DNA of 64,000 nucleotides from positions 4,243 to 68,242 of the forward strand of contig CASDQW010000010.1 of assembly GCA_949282965.1 (NCBI GenBank). The letters run 5' to 3'. Positions 29,420 to 38,523 of the stretch are shown here, in pieces. The position numbers were made by a program, and so were the translations under genes. The first letter of the stretch is position 1. Every line of letters begins with the position of its first letter. This DNA comes from an uncultured Lentisphaeria bacterium. GTDB taxonomy: Bacteria; Verrucomicrobiota; Lentisphaeria; Victivallales; Victivallaceae. The notes under the pieces were generated by a model. The model made no database searches. It was not told the DNA's origin and saw only the letters and a list, made by a program, of their open reading frames with translations.

Positions 29420-29546
29420 CTTCTTCCGCTTTTCTCCGTATCGGCTGCCGCGTCTGCCTCCTCGCATTTTCTTCATCGCAACATGGCGACAGGCGTTCCG
29501 GCGCCGCCAGAACGCCGTTACCCGGCCCGGGGGAAAACAGGGGAGG

Positions 29547-30599
29547 TTACTTCCGACGAATCTGAGCCAGACGCCGGTGCGCCTCACGCAGGAGCGCTTC
29601 CGTCTCCTCCCATCCGATACAGGCATCGGTAATGGAGACATCCGGTGCGGGGCACTGTCCGCGGACAATCTTCTGATTGCCCGGTTTGAGATAACTTTCC
29701 AGCATCACGCCGTTGATGCATTTCTCTCCGGCCTCAATCTGATCCAGCACATCCTCAAAAACCACATGCTGGCGCTCGTATTTCTTCCCGGAATTCGCGT
29801 GGCTGCAATCCACCACGATATTCGGTCTCAAACCTGCCTTGCTCATCGCCACCCGGAGAAACACAATATGCTCCGAAGCATAATTCGGCTGCGGACCACC
29901 CCGCAGAACAATGTGGCCATAGGGATTGCCGCTGGTCCGAAAAACCCCGACGTGCCCGTCCTCCAACACTCCGATGAAACTGTGCTCGCTGCGGGCCGTC
30001 GCCACCGCGTCGATGGCGGTTTGAAATGACCCATCGGTGGCATTCTTGAAGCCGACCGGCATGGAGATTCCGCTCCCGAGCTGCCGATGCGGCTGCGACT
30101 CCGTCGTCCGCGCCCCGATAGCCGCCCAGGCCACGGAATCGGCAATATACTGGGCGATGATGGGGTCCAGCATTTCGGTAGCAACCGGAAGCCCCAGATC
30201 GACAATCCGCAGCAGCAACTTCCGGGCGATGAAAATCCCCTTTTCGATATTATAGGATCCGTTGATGTCCGGATCGTAAATCAAGCCTTTCCAGCCGACC
30301 GTGGTCCGGGGTTTTTCAAAATAAACCCGCATGATCACCAGCAGCTGGTCCTGCACCTCATCGGCCAGTTGTTTGAGCCGGGTCGCGTATTCGAATGCCG
30401 CTTCGGGATCATGAATGGAGCAGGGCCCGACAATCACCATCAGCCGCCGGTCCTTGCCTTCGAGAATATCGCAGATCTCCTGCCGGGCGCGAATCACCTT
30501 CATCACGGATTCCAGCGACAAGGGCAGCTCCGAACGGATGGAGCCGGGGCTGGGAAGCACACTGCGGCTGGAAATATTGACATTATTGCTGCTTAGCAT
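29547..30599 (-). CDS. aroG: 3-deoxy-7-phosphoheptulonate (DAHP) synthase, class I AroG/F/H type
   Basis: RLMVIVGPCSIHDPEAAFEYATRL...RVYFEKPRTTVGWKGLIYDP...IGARTTESQPHRQLGSGISMPVGFKN. The isozyme cannot be assigned. Confidence 0.9.
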   Translation of the reverse strand: MLSSNNVNISSRSVLPSPGSIRSELPLSLESVMKVIRARQEICDILEGKDRRLMVIVGPCSIHDPEAAFEYATRLKQLADEVQDQLLVIMRVYFEKPRTTVGWKGLIYDPDINGSYNIEKGIFIARKLLLRIVDLGLPVATEMLDPIIAQYIADSVAWAAIGARTTESQPHRQLGSGISMPVGFKNATDGSFQTAIDAVATARSEHSFIGVLEDGHVGVFRTSGNPYGHIVLRGGPQPNYASEHIVFLRVAMSKAGLRPNIVVDCSHANSGKKYERQHVVFEDVLDQIEAGEKCINGVMLESYLKPGNQKIVRGQCPAPDVSITDACIGWEETEALLREAHRRLAQIRRK

Positions 30600-30783
30600 C
30601 TTCTGAATCCTGGATAGTCCACTCTCCGGACCGCGCGGACACATCCCGGCGATCCGGTATCAATATACCATCGGGATGAAGATTTTTCAATCCGAAATCA
30701 GAGGATTGTCCTGGAAACCCCGCGGAAGCCTCCGCCGGGAACGATTCCCCGGAATCCCTCCCGCTCAAGGCGAAAGGCCGAGG

Positions 30784-31506
30784 TCATTTCGCGTTGTTCC
30801 GGCATGATTCCTTGCGCGGCAGACGGAAACTCACGACAATTTCCTGGACCGGTCGCATCCAGAGCACAAACCCCGGATCGAGATTGACCTCCCAGACATA
30901 ATCCGGCCCCACCGCCCGGTCTCCGCCGAGAATGATGCTGCCATCCCGGGGCAGATAGCGCCGAAGCAGCAGTTGGCGCTCCCGCAAACCGACCAGCACC
31001 AGGTCTCCGGGAATTGGATATCGCTCCACGCCGATCAGCAGGGTGCTGCCCGGCAGCACGCCTTTCACCAGAGATCCGTTCCCCACATCCAACCGGATCT
31101 GGTCGCCGATGGAACGGATTCCCGTTTTGCGAATCAGATAGGAACGCAGCGACTCCAGGGCGGGCTGATAATCCAACAGCCATTCAATCGGGCATTCCGC
31201 CGGACGTTCCTGCCGGCTGCGGGATTCCGGACAAACACGAATCTCCAATGCCCGCGATGAGCGATGTTCTCCGAGAATCCGGGCCCGAAACACCATACTG
31301 TAAAACTCCAGAATATCCGAATCCGCCATCCCGCAGAAGCCAATCACCGTATCAAACTGACTGGGGCCCAGCAGACTTTCCCCCTTCTTGATCTGCGTCA
31401 CCGCCGCGGGAGACACACCCAGCACCCGGGCCAGATCACACTGCCGCAATCCTCTGATCTCCAGATATCTGGCGATAATCGGCCAGCCATTGATCTCCGT
31501 TCTCAT
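30784..31506 (-). CDS. XRE-family HTH regulator with a C-terminal S24/LexA-like domain
   Basis: Start ATG 31506. HTH RGLRQCDLARVLGVSPAAVTQIKKGE. C-terminus GNGSLVKG...IPGDLVLVGLRERQLLLRRYL aligns with LexA GDSM...GD..V...VKRL. The Lys position reads Arg. Confidence 0.6.
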   Translation of the reverse strand: MRTEINGWPIIARYLEIRGLRQCDLARVLGVSPAAVTQIKKGESLLGPSQFDTVIGFCGMADSDILEFYSMVFRARILGEHRSSRALEIRVCPESRSRQERPAECPIEWLLDYQPALESLRSYLIRKTGIRSIGDQIRLDVGNGSLVKGVLPGSTLLIGVERYPIPGDLVLVGLRERQLLLRRYLPRDGSIILGGDRAVGPDYVWEVNLDPGFVLWMRPVQEIVVSFRLPRKESCRNNAK

Positions 31507-31971
31507 AACGCCACGGATCTCCTTGTTTTCCTTATATGATTCCTGTCTGAACACAAGGGTGCAGCTCCGCAACGAAAGCAACGCTTTCCATCATCAAACG
31601 ACCGATTTTCATCGTCGGGCTCCCTCCTTGCCAGAAACTCTTCTTTCGCGGAGCAATCCAGCAGCCGTCATGTATCACAACATCGTCTCCGTATACCTGG
31701 ATGCACATTTTTTTTAATCTATTACTTAACACTCTGCAACAATATCAGAAAATCAGCATTCTTCAAGAAGAAAATCTATTTTTTTAAAGAAAAACAACCA
31801 ACATTCGCCCTATATAAGTTTATTTTTTAAGTGTTTTGTAAAACCACCGCAAAGCATCATTTGCCAACATGCAGAATGACCTCCCCCCCTCCCCGCTATT
31901 GTCAGAATCGGGAAACCGGAACCGGCTACCACTTGATGCTTCAGCCATCTTATATATACATCCGGCGCTTA

Positions 31972-32011
31972 AGACAAAAAGCGCTTTCCCTCCCGCTGGA
32001 AGAGAAAGCGC
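31972..32011 (-). terminator. rho-independent terminator of serS
   Basis: Minus strand: gcgctttc-(15 nt loop)-gaaagcgc 8 bp stem followed by tttttgtctt, about 30 nt after the serS stop. Confidence 0.55.
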
Positions 32012-32040
32012 AATAGAATCGCAGCAAACGCAATGAATGC

Positions 32041-33288
32041 TTACTTTGCCGGCTCAATCCGGTCGAAACCGGTATAGGGACGCAGCACTTCGGGAATGAT
32101 GACCGTCCCGTCCGGCTGCTGGTTGTTTTCCAGAATCGCAATGATCACCCGGTCCGTGACGGCGGTGGCGCTGATGGTATGCACCAGATCCTTCGTACCG
32201 TCCGCCTTCTTATACCGGATGTTCAGCCGCCGGCTCTGGAAAGAAGTAAGGTTCGTATTCGAAGTGACCTCGCGGTAGGCGCCGAATCCGGCAAACCACG
32301 CTTCGATGTCGTATTTCTTATAGCCCGGCGCTCCGAGATCGCCCACACAGACATTGACCACATGGTACGGCAATCCCAGCTGCTGCAACAGGTATTCTTC
32401 GTTGGCCAGGCATTCTTCGTGATATTTGACCGAATCTTCCGGACGGCAGAAAATGATCTGCTCAACCTTGTGGAACTGGTGCACCCGGAAAATCCCCCTG
32501 CTGGCCTTCCCGTAGCTGCCGGCCTCAGTACGGAAACAGGGCGTCAACGCGGTATAACGCCGCGGCAGCGTCGCCTCGTCCAGCACATCGTCGGCATGGT
32601 ATCCGACCAGCGTCTGTTCAGAAGTCCCGATCAGCGCCAGATCCAGATCCTGCAATCCAAAGGTCTGGTCCGCAAAAAACGGCAGATACCCCGTCCCATA
32701 CAGCGTCCGCGGCTTGGCCACGCAGGGCGTCATGAACAATGTGAATCCGCGCTTGACCAGCTCCTGCTGCGCCCAGAAAAACAGCGACTGCGCCAGCTGC
32801 GCCCCCTTGCCCTTCCAGTAATAGAACCCGGCCCCGGCCACCTTGGCGCCGCGCTGGGTATCGAGAATGTCCAGCAAATCCCCCAGTTCCTGATGGTCGC
32901 GCACCTTGAAATCGAACTGTGGAATTTCGCCGACCCGACGGATTTCCACATTGTCGGTATCATCCAGACCGTCCGGCACATCATCAGCCAGCAAGTTGGG
33001 CAGAAAATCCAGCATCAACTGCAGTTTCGTCTGCTGGCGGGCCAGCACCGCCTCCTTGTTGCCGAGCTCATCCTTCAACCGGCGCACCGTCTCCCGCACT
33101 TCGGGGTTGGTACGGCATTCCTTGCTCAACCGGTTGCGTTCGGCCCGCAGGTTTTCCACTTCCGTCTGAAGTGTCCGGCAGGCGTTGTCGATTTCGATGA
33201 GCGAATCGAAGTTCGTGGGACATTTACGGCGGATCATGTTCGCCCGGACCAGATCCGCGTGTTCGCGAAGCAATTTGATGTCAATCAT
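32041..33288 (-). CDS. serS: serine--tRNA ligase
   Basis: MIDIKLLREHADLVRANM..., N-terminal coiled-coil arm, and class II core (FRTEAGSYGKASRGIFRVHQFHKVE, GLPYHVVNVCVGDLG). Confidence 0.92.
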   Translation of the reverse strand: MIDIKLLREHADLVRANMIRRKCPTNFDSLIEIDNACRTLQTEVENLRAERNRLSKECRTNPEVRETVRRLKDELGNKEAVLARQQTKLQLMLDFLPNLLADDVPDGLDDTDNVEIRRVGEIPQFDFKVRDHQELGDLLDILDTQRGAKVAGAGFYYWKGKGAQLAQSLFFWAQQELVKRGFTLFMTPCVAKPRTLYGTGYLPFFADQTFGLQDLDLALIGTSEQTLVGYHADDVLDEATLPRRYTALTPCFRTEAGSYGKASRGIFRVHQFHKVEQIIFCRPEDSVKYHEECLANEEYLLQQLGLPYHVVNVCVGDLGAPGYKKYDIEAWFAGFGAYREVTSNTNLTSFQSRRLNIRYKKADGTKDLVHTISATAVTDRVIIAILENNQQPDGTVIIPEVLRPYTGFDRIEPAK

Positions 33289-33317
33289 TTTTTAACCTCA
33301 CAATCCGTTCCGCCCGC

Positions 33318-35033
33318 TCAGAAATGCGGCAGCGGAAACGCCGTGGCAAATTCCCGGACCTCTTCGCCGAGCCGGCGCAGCCCGGCCTCGTCGTCGCGCA
33401 GCGCCACCCCGCGCTCGATGAAATCGGCGATCCGCACCATTTCGGCTTCCTTCATGCCGCGCGTGGTCACCGCCGGCGTCCCAACCCGGATACCGCTGGT
33501 AACAAACGGTTTTTCCGGATCGAAGGGGATCATGTTCTTGTTGACGGTGATCCGCGCCAGATCCAGCGCGTTGGCCACCACCTTCCCGGTCGCCCCCTTC
33601 GGCCGCAGGTCAATCAGCATCAGGTGATTGTCCGTGCCGCCGGAAACGATCCGGAAGCCCCGGGCCGCGAGTTCCGCACAGAGCTTCGCGGCATTGAGCC
33701 GGATCTGGTGCTGGTAGGCCTTAAAGGCCGGCGTCATGGCTTCGGCGAAGCAGACCGCCTTGGCGGCGATCACGTGTTCCAGCGGACCGCCCTGCAATCC
33801 CGGGAAAATCCGGGAATTGATCGCCTTGATGTGTTCTTCCCGGCAGAGGATCAGGCCGGAACGCGGTCCCCGCAGCGTCTTGTGCGTGGTGGTGCTGACC
33901 ACGTCGCAGTACGGAACGGGATTCGGATGTTCACCCGCCGCCACCAGCCCGGCAATGTGGGCCATATCGACAAACAGCTTGGCGCCGACCAGGTCGGCGA
34001 TGGCGCGGAGCCGGGCGAAATCAATCACCCGGGGATAGGCGCTGGCTCCGGCGATGATCATGGCCGGCTTGTGGGTGACGGCCAGACGTTCCACCTCGTC
34101 ATAATCAATGCATTCCGTTTCGCGATTGACGCCGTACGGCACGATGTTGTACAACATGCCTGAAAAGTTCAGCGGATGTCCGTGCGTCAGGTGTCCACCG
34201 TGGTCCAGGCTCATGGCCAGCACCGTGTCTCCCGGCTTGATCAACGCCATGTACACCGCCTGGTTGGCGGGACTGCCGGCATGGGGCTGAACGTTGGCGG
34301 CTTCCGCCCCGAACAGCTTGCAGGCGCGCTCAATAGCGATGGATTCGATTTCGTCGATAAATTCGCAGCCGTTGTAATAGCGTTTCCCGGGATAGCCTTC
34401 AGCGTACTTGTTGGTCAGCACCGATCCCTGGGCGGCGCGCACGGCACAGCTGGTGAAGTTTTCGGAGGCGATCAGCTCGATGCCCTCTTCCTGCCGGGCC
34501 GCTTCCTTGTCGATCAGTCCGGCGATGACCGGATCGGCGTCCCGCAGCGCGGCGATGTCGTCATAGGTCGCCGCCTCCAGATGCCGCAGCCGGCGGGCAT
34601 GGCGTTCCTCGCCGCTGAAACGGGTACCGAGCCATTCGCGCACGATCTCCACCGCGGCCGCGAAATCCATGCGGTCTCCGGAAAGAACCAGCACATTGGA
34701 TGCATTGTGCTGCCGGGAAAGCCTGGCATCTTCGGCATTGGAAACCACCGCCGCGCGCACGCCGTGGAACCGGTTGGCCGCCATTGCCATTCCGAAACCG
34801 GAACGACAGATCAAAATGCCGCAATCGGCCTTGCCGCGAACCATGGCCCAGCCCACCGCGGCGCCGAACACTTCATAGTCGTCCGCCGGATCAAATACCT
34901 TCGGTCCGCAGTCAACGACCGTGATGCCGGAGGCCTGCAGATCGGCGGCCAGCTGCTGCTTGAGTTCAAATCCGCCGTGATCGGCGCCGATTGCCAGCGT
35001 TACATGCTTCGGGTCAAAATCCAGACTGTTCAT
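33318..35033 (-). CDS. glyA: fusion protein: ribose-5-phosphate isomerase B (RpiB/LacAB) + serine hydroxymethyltransferase
   Basis: N-terminal 150 aa: [16 protein letters not shown]...[26 protein letters not shown]...[14 protein letters not shown] (RpiB). Then [42 protein letters not shown]...[13 protein letters not shown] (SHMT) in a single frame. Start ATG 35033. Confidence 0.85.
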   Translation of the reverse strand: MNSLDFDPKHVTLAIGADHGGFELKQQLAADLQASGITVVDCGPKVFDPADDYEVFGAAVGWAMVRGKADCGILICRSGFGMAMAANRFHGVRAAVVSNAEDARLSRQHNASNVLVLSGDRMDFAAAVEIVREWLGTRFSGEERHARRLRHLEAATYDDIAALRDADPVIAGLIDKEAARQEEGIELIASENFTSCAVRAAQGSVLTNKYAEGYPGKRYYNGCEFIDEIESIAIERACKLFGAEAANVQPHAGSPANQAVYMALIKPGDTVLAMSLDHGGHLTHGHPLNFSGMLYNIVPYGVNRETECIDYDEVERLAVTHKPAMIIAGASAYPRVIDFARLRAIADLVGAKLFVDMAHIAGLVAAGEHPNPVPYCDVVSTTTHKTLRGPRSGLILCREEHIKAINSRIFPGLQGGPLEHVIAAKAVCFAEAMTPAFKAYQHQIRLNAAKLCAELAARGFRIVSGGTDNHLMLIDLRPKGATGKVVANALDLARITVNKNMIPFDPEKPFVTSGIRVGTPAVTTRGMKEAEMVRIADFIERGVALRDDEAGLRRLGEEVREFATAFPLPHF

Positions 35034-35112
35034 GACTCCATCTCCTTCATATCCTATCATCAGAAATCCATTATCGATGCAACATATCCTGCCGAACCGC
35101 CGTTCCGGTCGT

Positions 35113-35553
35113 TCATGCCGTCAGCAACAGCTCCCCGGCCAGCCGGTCCAATGCCGGACGCATGACGGCGAACACCTCCCCGTACTCCGCCACCGACCCC
35201 CCGAACGGGTCCGGCACGTCGGTGCCGCCCAGCAGCAACCGGGTTTTGTCCGCCGCATCCGGAGCCAGCGCCAGAACCGCGCGACGGTGGGAGGCGCTCA
35301 TCGCCACCACCAGTTCGACCGAATCGATCAGCTCGGGCGTCAGGCGGGTGCTGCGGAACGCGGTCAAATCCACGCCGATTTCCGCCAAAGCGGCAATGGC
35401 CGGTTCCGATGCCGGCATTCCCGCCCAGGCCGATGTCCCGGCGGAAAGCACTTCGATGTCGCCGCGCCCGGCATTCCGGCAGAGTCGGGCGAAGTAGGCC
35501 TCGGCCATCGGGCTCCGGCAGCTGTTGCCGGTACAGACGAATAAGACGCGCAT
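35113..35553 (-). CDS. low-molecular-weight protein-tyrosine/arginine phosphatase family protein
   Basis: [21 protein letters not shown] (CX5R-S P-loop) and DVPDPFGG near the C-terminus. Start ATG 35553. Confidence 0.85.
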   Translation of the reverse strand: MRVLFVCTGNSCRSPMAEAYFARLCRNAGRGDIEVLSAGTSAWAGMPASEPAIAALAEIGVDLTAFRSTRLTPELIDSVELVVAMSASHRRAVLALAPDAADKTRLLLGGTDVPDPFGGSVAEYGEVFAVMRPALDRLAGELLLTA

Positions 35554-35652
35554 TTTTGCGGCACCTCCGGAATCGCGAAAAAACAATTGATTAAATAATA
35601 TACACCCGGATTGAACTTTTTACAGCAACATCGATGATAAAGTCAGGCTTTT

Positions 35653-36666
35653 TCAAGCACCTGGGGCCGCCATCCGACAATGTGAAGCGTGTTTCCCCCG
35701 CACCGTCTCCATCCGGGTGAACCCGGCATCGTACAGGCGTCGCAACAACAATGCAATCAGTTCGTCCGGCGCACTGGCTCCGGCACTGACGCCCACCGTG
35801 CGTACCCGGTTCAGTTGTTCCGGATCGAGTTCATCGGGATGATCCAGCAGCAGGGCATTGCCGTTGACCGCCGCGGCCACCTCCCGCAACCGGTTTGAAT
35901 TGGAACTGCGCGGAGATCCGATGATGAGCACCAGCTCCGAGCGCGCCGCCACCAGCCGTACCGCATTCTGGCGGTCCGCCGTGGCATAACAGACGCCCGC
36001 CCCCTTTTCCGGCTCGGCCCCGTAACGCACCGCCACCGCCCGGCGCAGCATTTCCACAAACTCCGGTTCCAGCGTCGTCTGTGCCACCAGTCGCAGAGGC
36101 CGCCCGTCCGCCGCCGGCAGTGCCGCCACATCCGCCACGCGTTCCAGCAACCGGATCGCGCCCGGTTCCGCCTGGCCGAGAATCCCCTCCACTTCGGGGT
36201 GTCCGCCGTGTCCGGCCAGCAGCACCAGTTCTCCCGCCGCGACGCCTGCCGCCGCTGAAGCCTGCACCCGTTTCACCAGCGGGCAGGTGGCGTCCACCAC
36301 CCGGAGCCGCCGCGCCCGGGCCTGCGCCTCCACTGCCCGGGACACGCCGTGCGCGCTGAACACCAGCGTCGCCCCCTCCGGCACTTCGTCCGGAGATTCG
36401 ACAAAACGCACGCCGCGCTCCCGCAGCCGGCCGACGATAAAATTATTGTGGACAATCTCGTGGAGCACATAGACTTCGCCCGCAACGCCCTCCAGCACAT
36501 CCAGCGCCCGCCGGACCCCCGCGCACATGCCGCGCGGCTCCGCTAGATACACCGTCCGTTCACCCGGATTATCCGGACACACCGGCGTCGTCCGGGAAAC
36601 GGTCTTTCCCGGCTCCGCAACTTCGGTCCGGCCTTCCGGAACCGGCGGTCGGTAAACCTGTTTCAT
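35653..36666 (-). CDS. ispH: 4-hydroxy-3-methylbut-2-enyl diphosphate reductase
   Basis: GMCAGVRRALDV...LHEIVHNNFIV...FSAHGVS...DATCPLV.KV......GH..HPEV.G..G... Has an N-terminal extension of about 35 aa, so the start is uncertain. Confidence 0.85.
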   Translation of the reverse strand: MKQVYRPPVPEGRTEVAEPGKTVSRTTPVCPDNPGERTVYLAEPRGMCAGVRRALDVLEGVAGEVYVLHEIVHNNFIVGRLRERGVRFVESPDEVPEGATLVFSAHGVSRAVEAQARARRLRVVDATCPLVKRVQASAAAGVAAGELVLLAGHGGHPEVEGILGQAEPGAIRLLERVADVAALPAADGRPLRLVAQTTLEPEFVEMLRRAVAVRYGAEPEKGAGVCYATADRQNAVRLVAARSELVLIIGSPRSSNSNRLREVAAAVNGNALLLDHPDELDPEQLNRVRTVGVSAGASAPDELIALLLRRLYDAGFTRMETVRGKHASHCRMAAPGA

Positions 36667-36670
36667 GGAA

Positions 36671-37624
36671 TCAGATCAAGTCGAGTTGATCGCGGTCGCC
36701 CCGTTCGGCGGCGCGAAGGTTGGCGACGACACGACGGGCGACGCGGAGGCATGCCTCCGCCGTGCTGCTCCCCAGATGCGGCGTCAGAATCACCCGGTCA
36801 AGACGGCGCAGGTCGCGCGCGGGATCAACCGGGCAATAAGGCTCGTGGGCAAACACATCCAGCGCGGCGCCGGCGATCGTACCGGCAGCGACGGCGTCAT
36901 ACAAGGCATTTTCGTCCACGACCGAGCCGCGGGCGGTATTGATGAGAATGGCGGACGGTTTCATCAGCCGGAGCCGGGCGGCGTTGATGAAATGGAAGTT
37001 GCCGCTGCTGCTGGGAATGTGCAGCGAAATGAAGTCCGCGTCGGCCACCGCCTCGCCGAAATCCGCCGTCACCGTTTCGAAAAGCGACGGATCAGGATTT
37101 TCGCCCGTCCGGTTGAACCCGGTAACACGCATATCAAATCCAAGTGCGGCAATCCGCGCCGTCTGCCGTCCGATCCGGCCGCAACCGACAATCAGCAACC
37201 GTTTGCCGGCCAGTTCGACCCCGACGCGATTATGCCAGGCCCCGGCGCGAACCTCGGCGGCGCAGAGGCTGAGATGCCGGGCGGCGGTGATCATCGATCC
37301 GACGGAAAATTCCGCCACGGACCGCTCCAACACCCCGGGCGTGTTGGTGCAGAACAGTCCGCATTCCGCCGCCGCCTGCCGGTCGATGCCGTCGTAACCG
37401 ACGCCGAATCGGGCGATCACTCCGCCCGGCGGCAGCGCCCGGTAGAGTGCACCGACATACTTCCGAACGCCGACGACGGCGTGCCGGGCGCCGTGTTCCC
37501 GAATAACCGCGGCCAGCTCCTCTTCGCCGGGGGGACTGACGATGAATTCAAAATCCGGCAGACTGCGCAGATATTCCGCGGCCTTGCCGTATTCCAATTC
37601 GGTAATCGCCACTTTGACCGACAT
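36671..37624 (-). CDS. D-isomer-specific 2-hydroxyacid dehydrogenase family protein
   Basis: NAD-binding GKRLLIVGCGRIGRQTARIA, and the catalytic-region RGSVVDE...LDVF..EP...HLG signature. Confidence 0.8.
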   Translation of the reverse strand: MSVKVAITELEYGKAAEYLRSLPDFEFIVSPPGEEELAAVIREHGARHAVVGVRKYVGALYRALPPGGVIARFGVGYDGIDRQAAAECGLFCTNTPGVLERSVAEFSVGSMITAARHLSLCAAEVRAGAWHNRVGVELAGKRLLIVGCGRIGRQTARIAALGFDMRVTGFNRTGENPDPSLFETVTADFGEAVADADFISLHIPSSSGNFHFINAARLRLMKPSAILINTARGSVVDENALYDAVAAGTIAGAALDVFAHEPYCPVDPARDLRRLDRVILTPHLGSSTAEACLRVARRVVANLRAAERGDRDQLDLI

Positions 37625-37645
37625 GCTGTACTCCAGACGCCTTAT

Positions 37646-38497
37646 TCAGATGCTTTCCACCGTCAGTTCGGGAGAAACAAATTCCCGGAGCTTGTCTTCC
37701 ACCGTATGCTTGAGCGTCGCCCCGGCAGCCGGACAGGCGGCGCAGCGTCCCTGCAGCCGGACCAGAATCCGGGACCCCTGAATGTCGATCAGTTCGATAC
37801 TGCCTCCATCCTGCTCCAGCAACGGCTTGATCTCCTTGTCGATCACCTCCTGCACCCGCATCACCCGCTGCATCACCGGCAGCGAAGCAAACGGCGCCGC
37901 CGGCGCCGGGGCGGCGGGAGCCGCAGCCCAGAGATCATCCAGAATCTGCTGAATTTCGTCCAGGCAGGCGCCGCAGGCACCGCCGGCCTTGCAGTAATGG
38001 GTAATGTCCTCGGCCTTGTGCAGCTGATTTTCACGCGCCACCTTGCGGATTTTGACATCAGTGACGCCGAAGCACTTGCACACGAGTTTTCCCTCGTGGT
38101 CGGCGTCGTCGCATTCGAAGGGGTTCTTCTCGCCCCGGTAATGGGCGATGGCAGCCTGAAGCGCCTCCATACCCATGACCGAACAATGCATCTTTTCCTC
38201 GGGCAGTTCCCCCAGCAGTTTGACGATGTCCTGATTGGTAACCTTGGCCGCTTCGTCGAGCGTCATGCCTTTGATCAGGTCGGTCAGAGCGGAGCTGGAG
38301 GCGATGGCGCTGACGCAGCCGAAGGTTTTGAACCGGGCGTCGGCGATGCGGCCGTTTTTGTCCAGTTTGAAGGTCAGCCGGAGGGCATCGCCGCAGCTGG
38401 CGTTGCCGACGTCACCGACGCCGTCGGGATTTTCGATTTCACCGGCGTTGTGCGGGTGCAGGAAATGTTCCATGACCTTGTCATTGTAGTTCCACAT
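37646..38497 (-). CDS. nifU: NifU-type Fe-S cluster assembly scaffold (IscU-like N, BFD-like 2Fe-2S, Nfu C domain)
   Basis: HFLHPHNAGEIENPDGVGDVGNASCGDALRLTFK...FGCVSAIASSS...HCSV; CKCFGVTD...CKAGGACGAC; C-terminal LRLQGRCAACPAAGATLK. Confidence 0.85.
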   Translation of the reverse strand: MWNYNDKVMEHFLHPHNAGEIENPDGVGDVGNASCGDALRLTFKLDKNGRIADARFKTFGCVSAIASSSALTDLIKGMTLDEAAKVTNQDIVKLLGELPEEKMHCSVMGMEALQAAIAHYRGEKNPFECDDADHEGKLVCKCFGVTDVKIRKVARENQLHKAEDITHYCKAGGACGACLDEIQQILDDLWAAAPAAPAPAAPFASLPVMQRVMRVQEVIDKEIKPLLEQDGGSIELIDIQGSRILVRLQGRCAACPAAGATLKHTVEDKLREFVSPELTVESI

Positions 38498-38523
38498 GAA
38501 TTCACCTCATGGTTTGGCAAATG

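Noticed and set aside
31852-31941. Perfect 8-bp long-range complement (aagcatca / tgatgctt) enclosing about 75 nt downstream of serS, a possible small RNA
   Set aside because: A single 8-bp pairing in 500 nt of AT-rich spacer is weak evidence. There is no further nested helix, promoter or terminator of its own, and no resemblance to a known RNA family that I can recognise.
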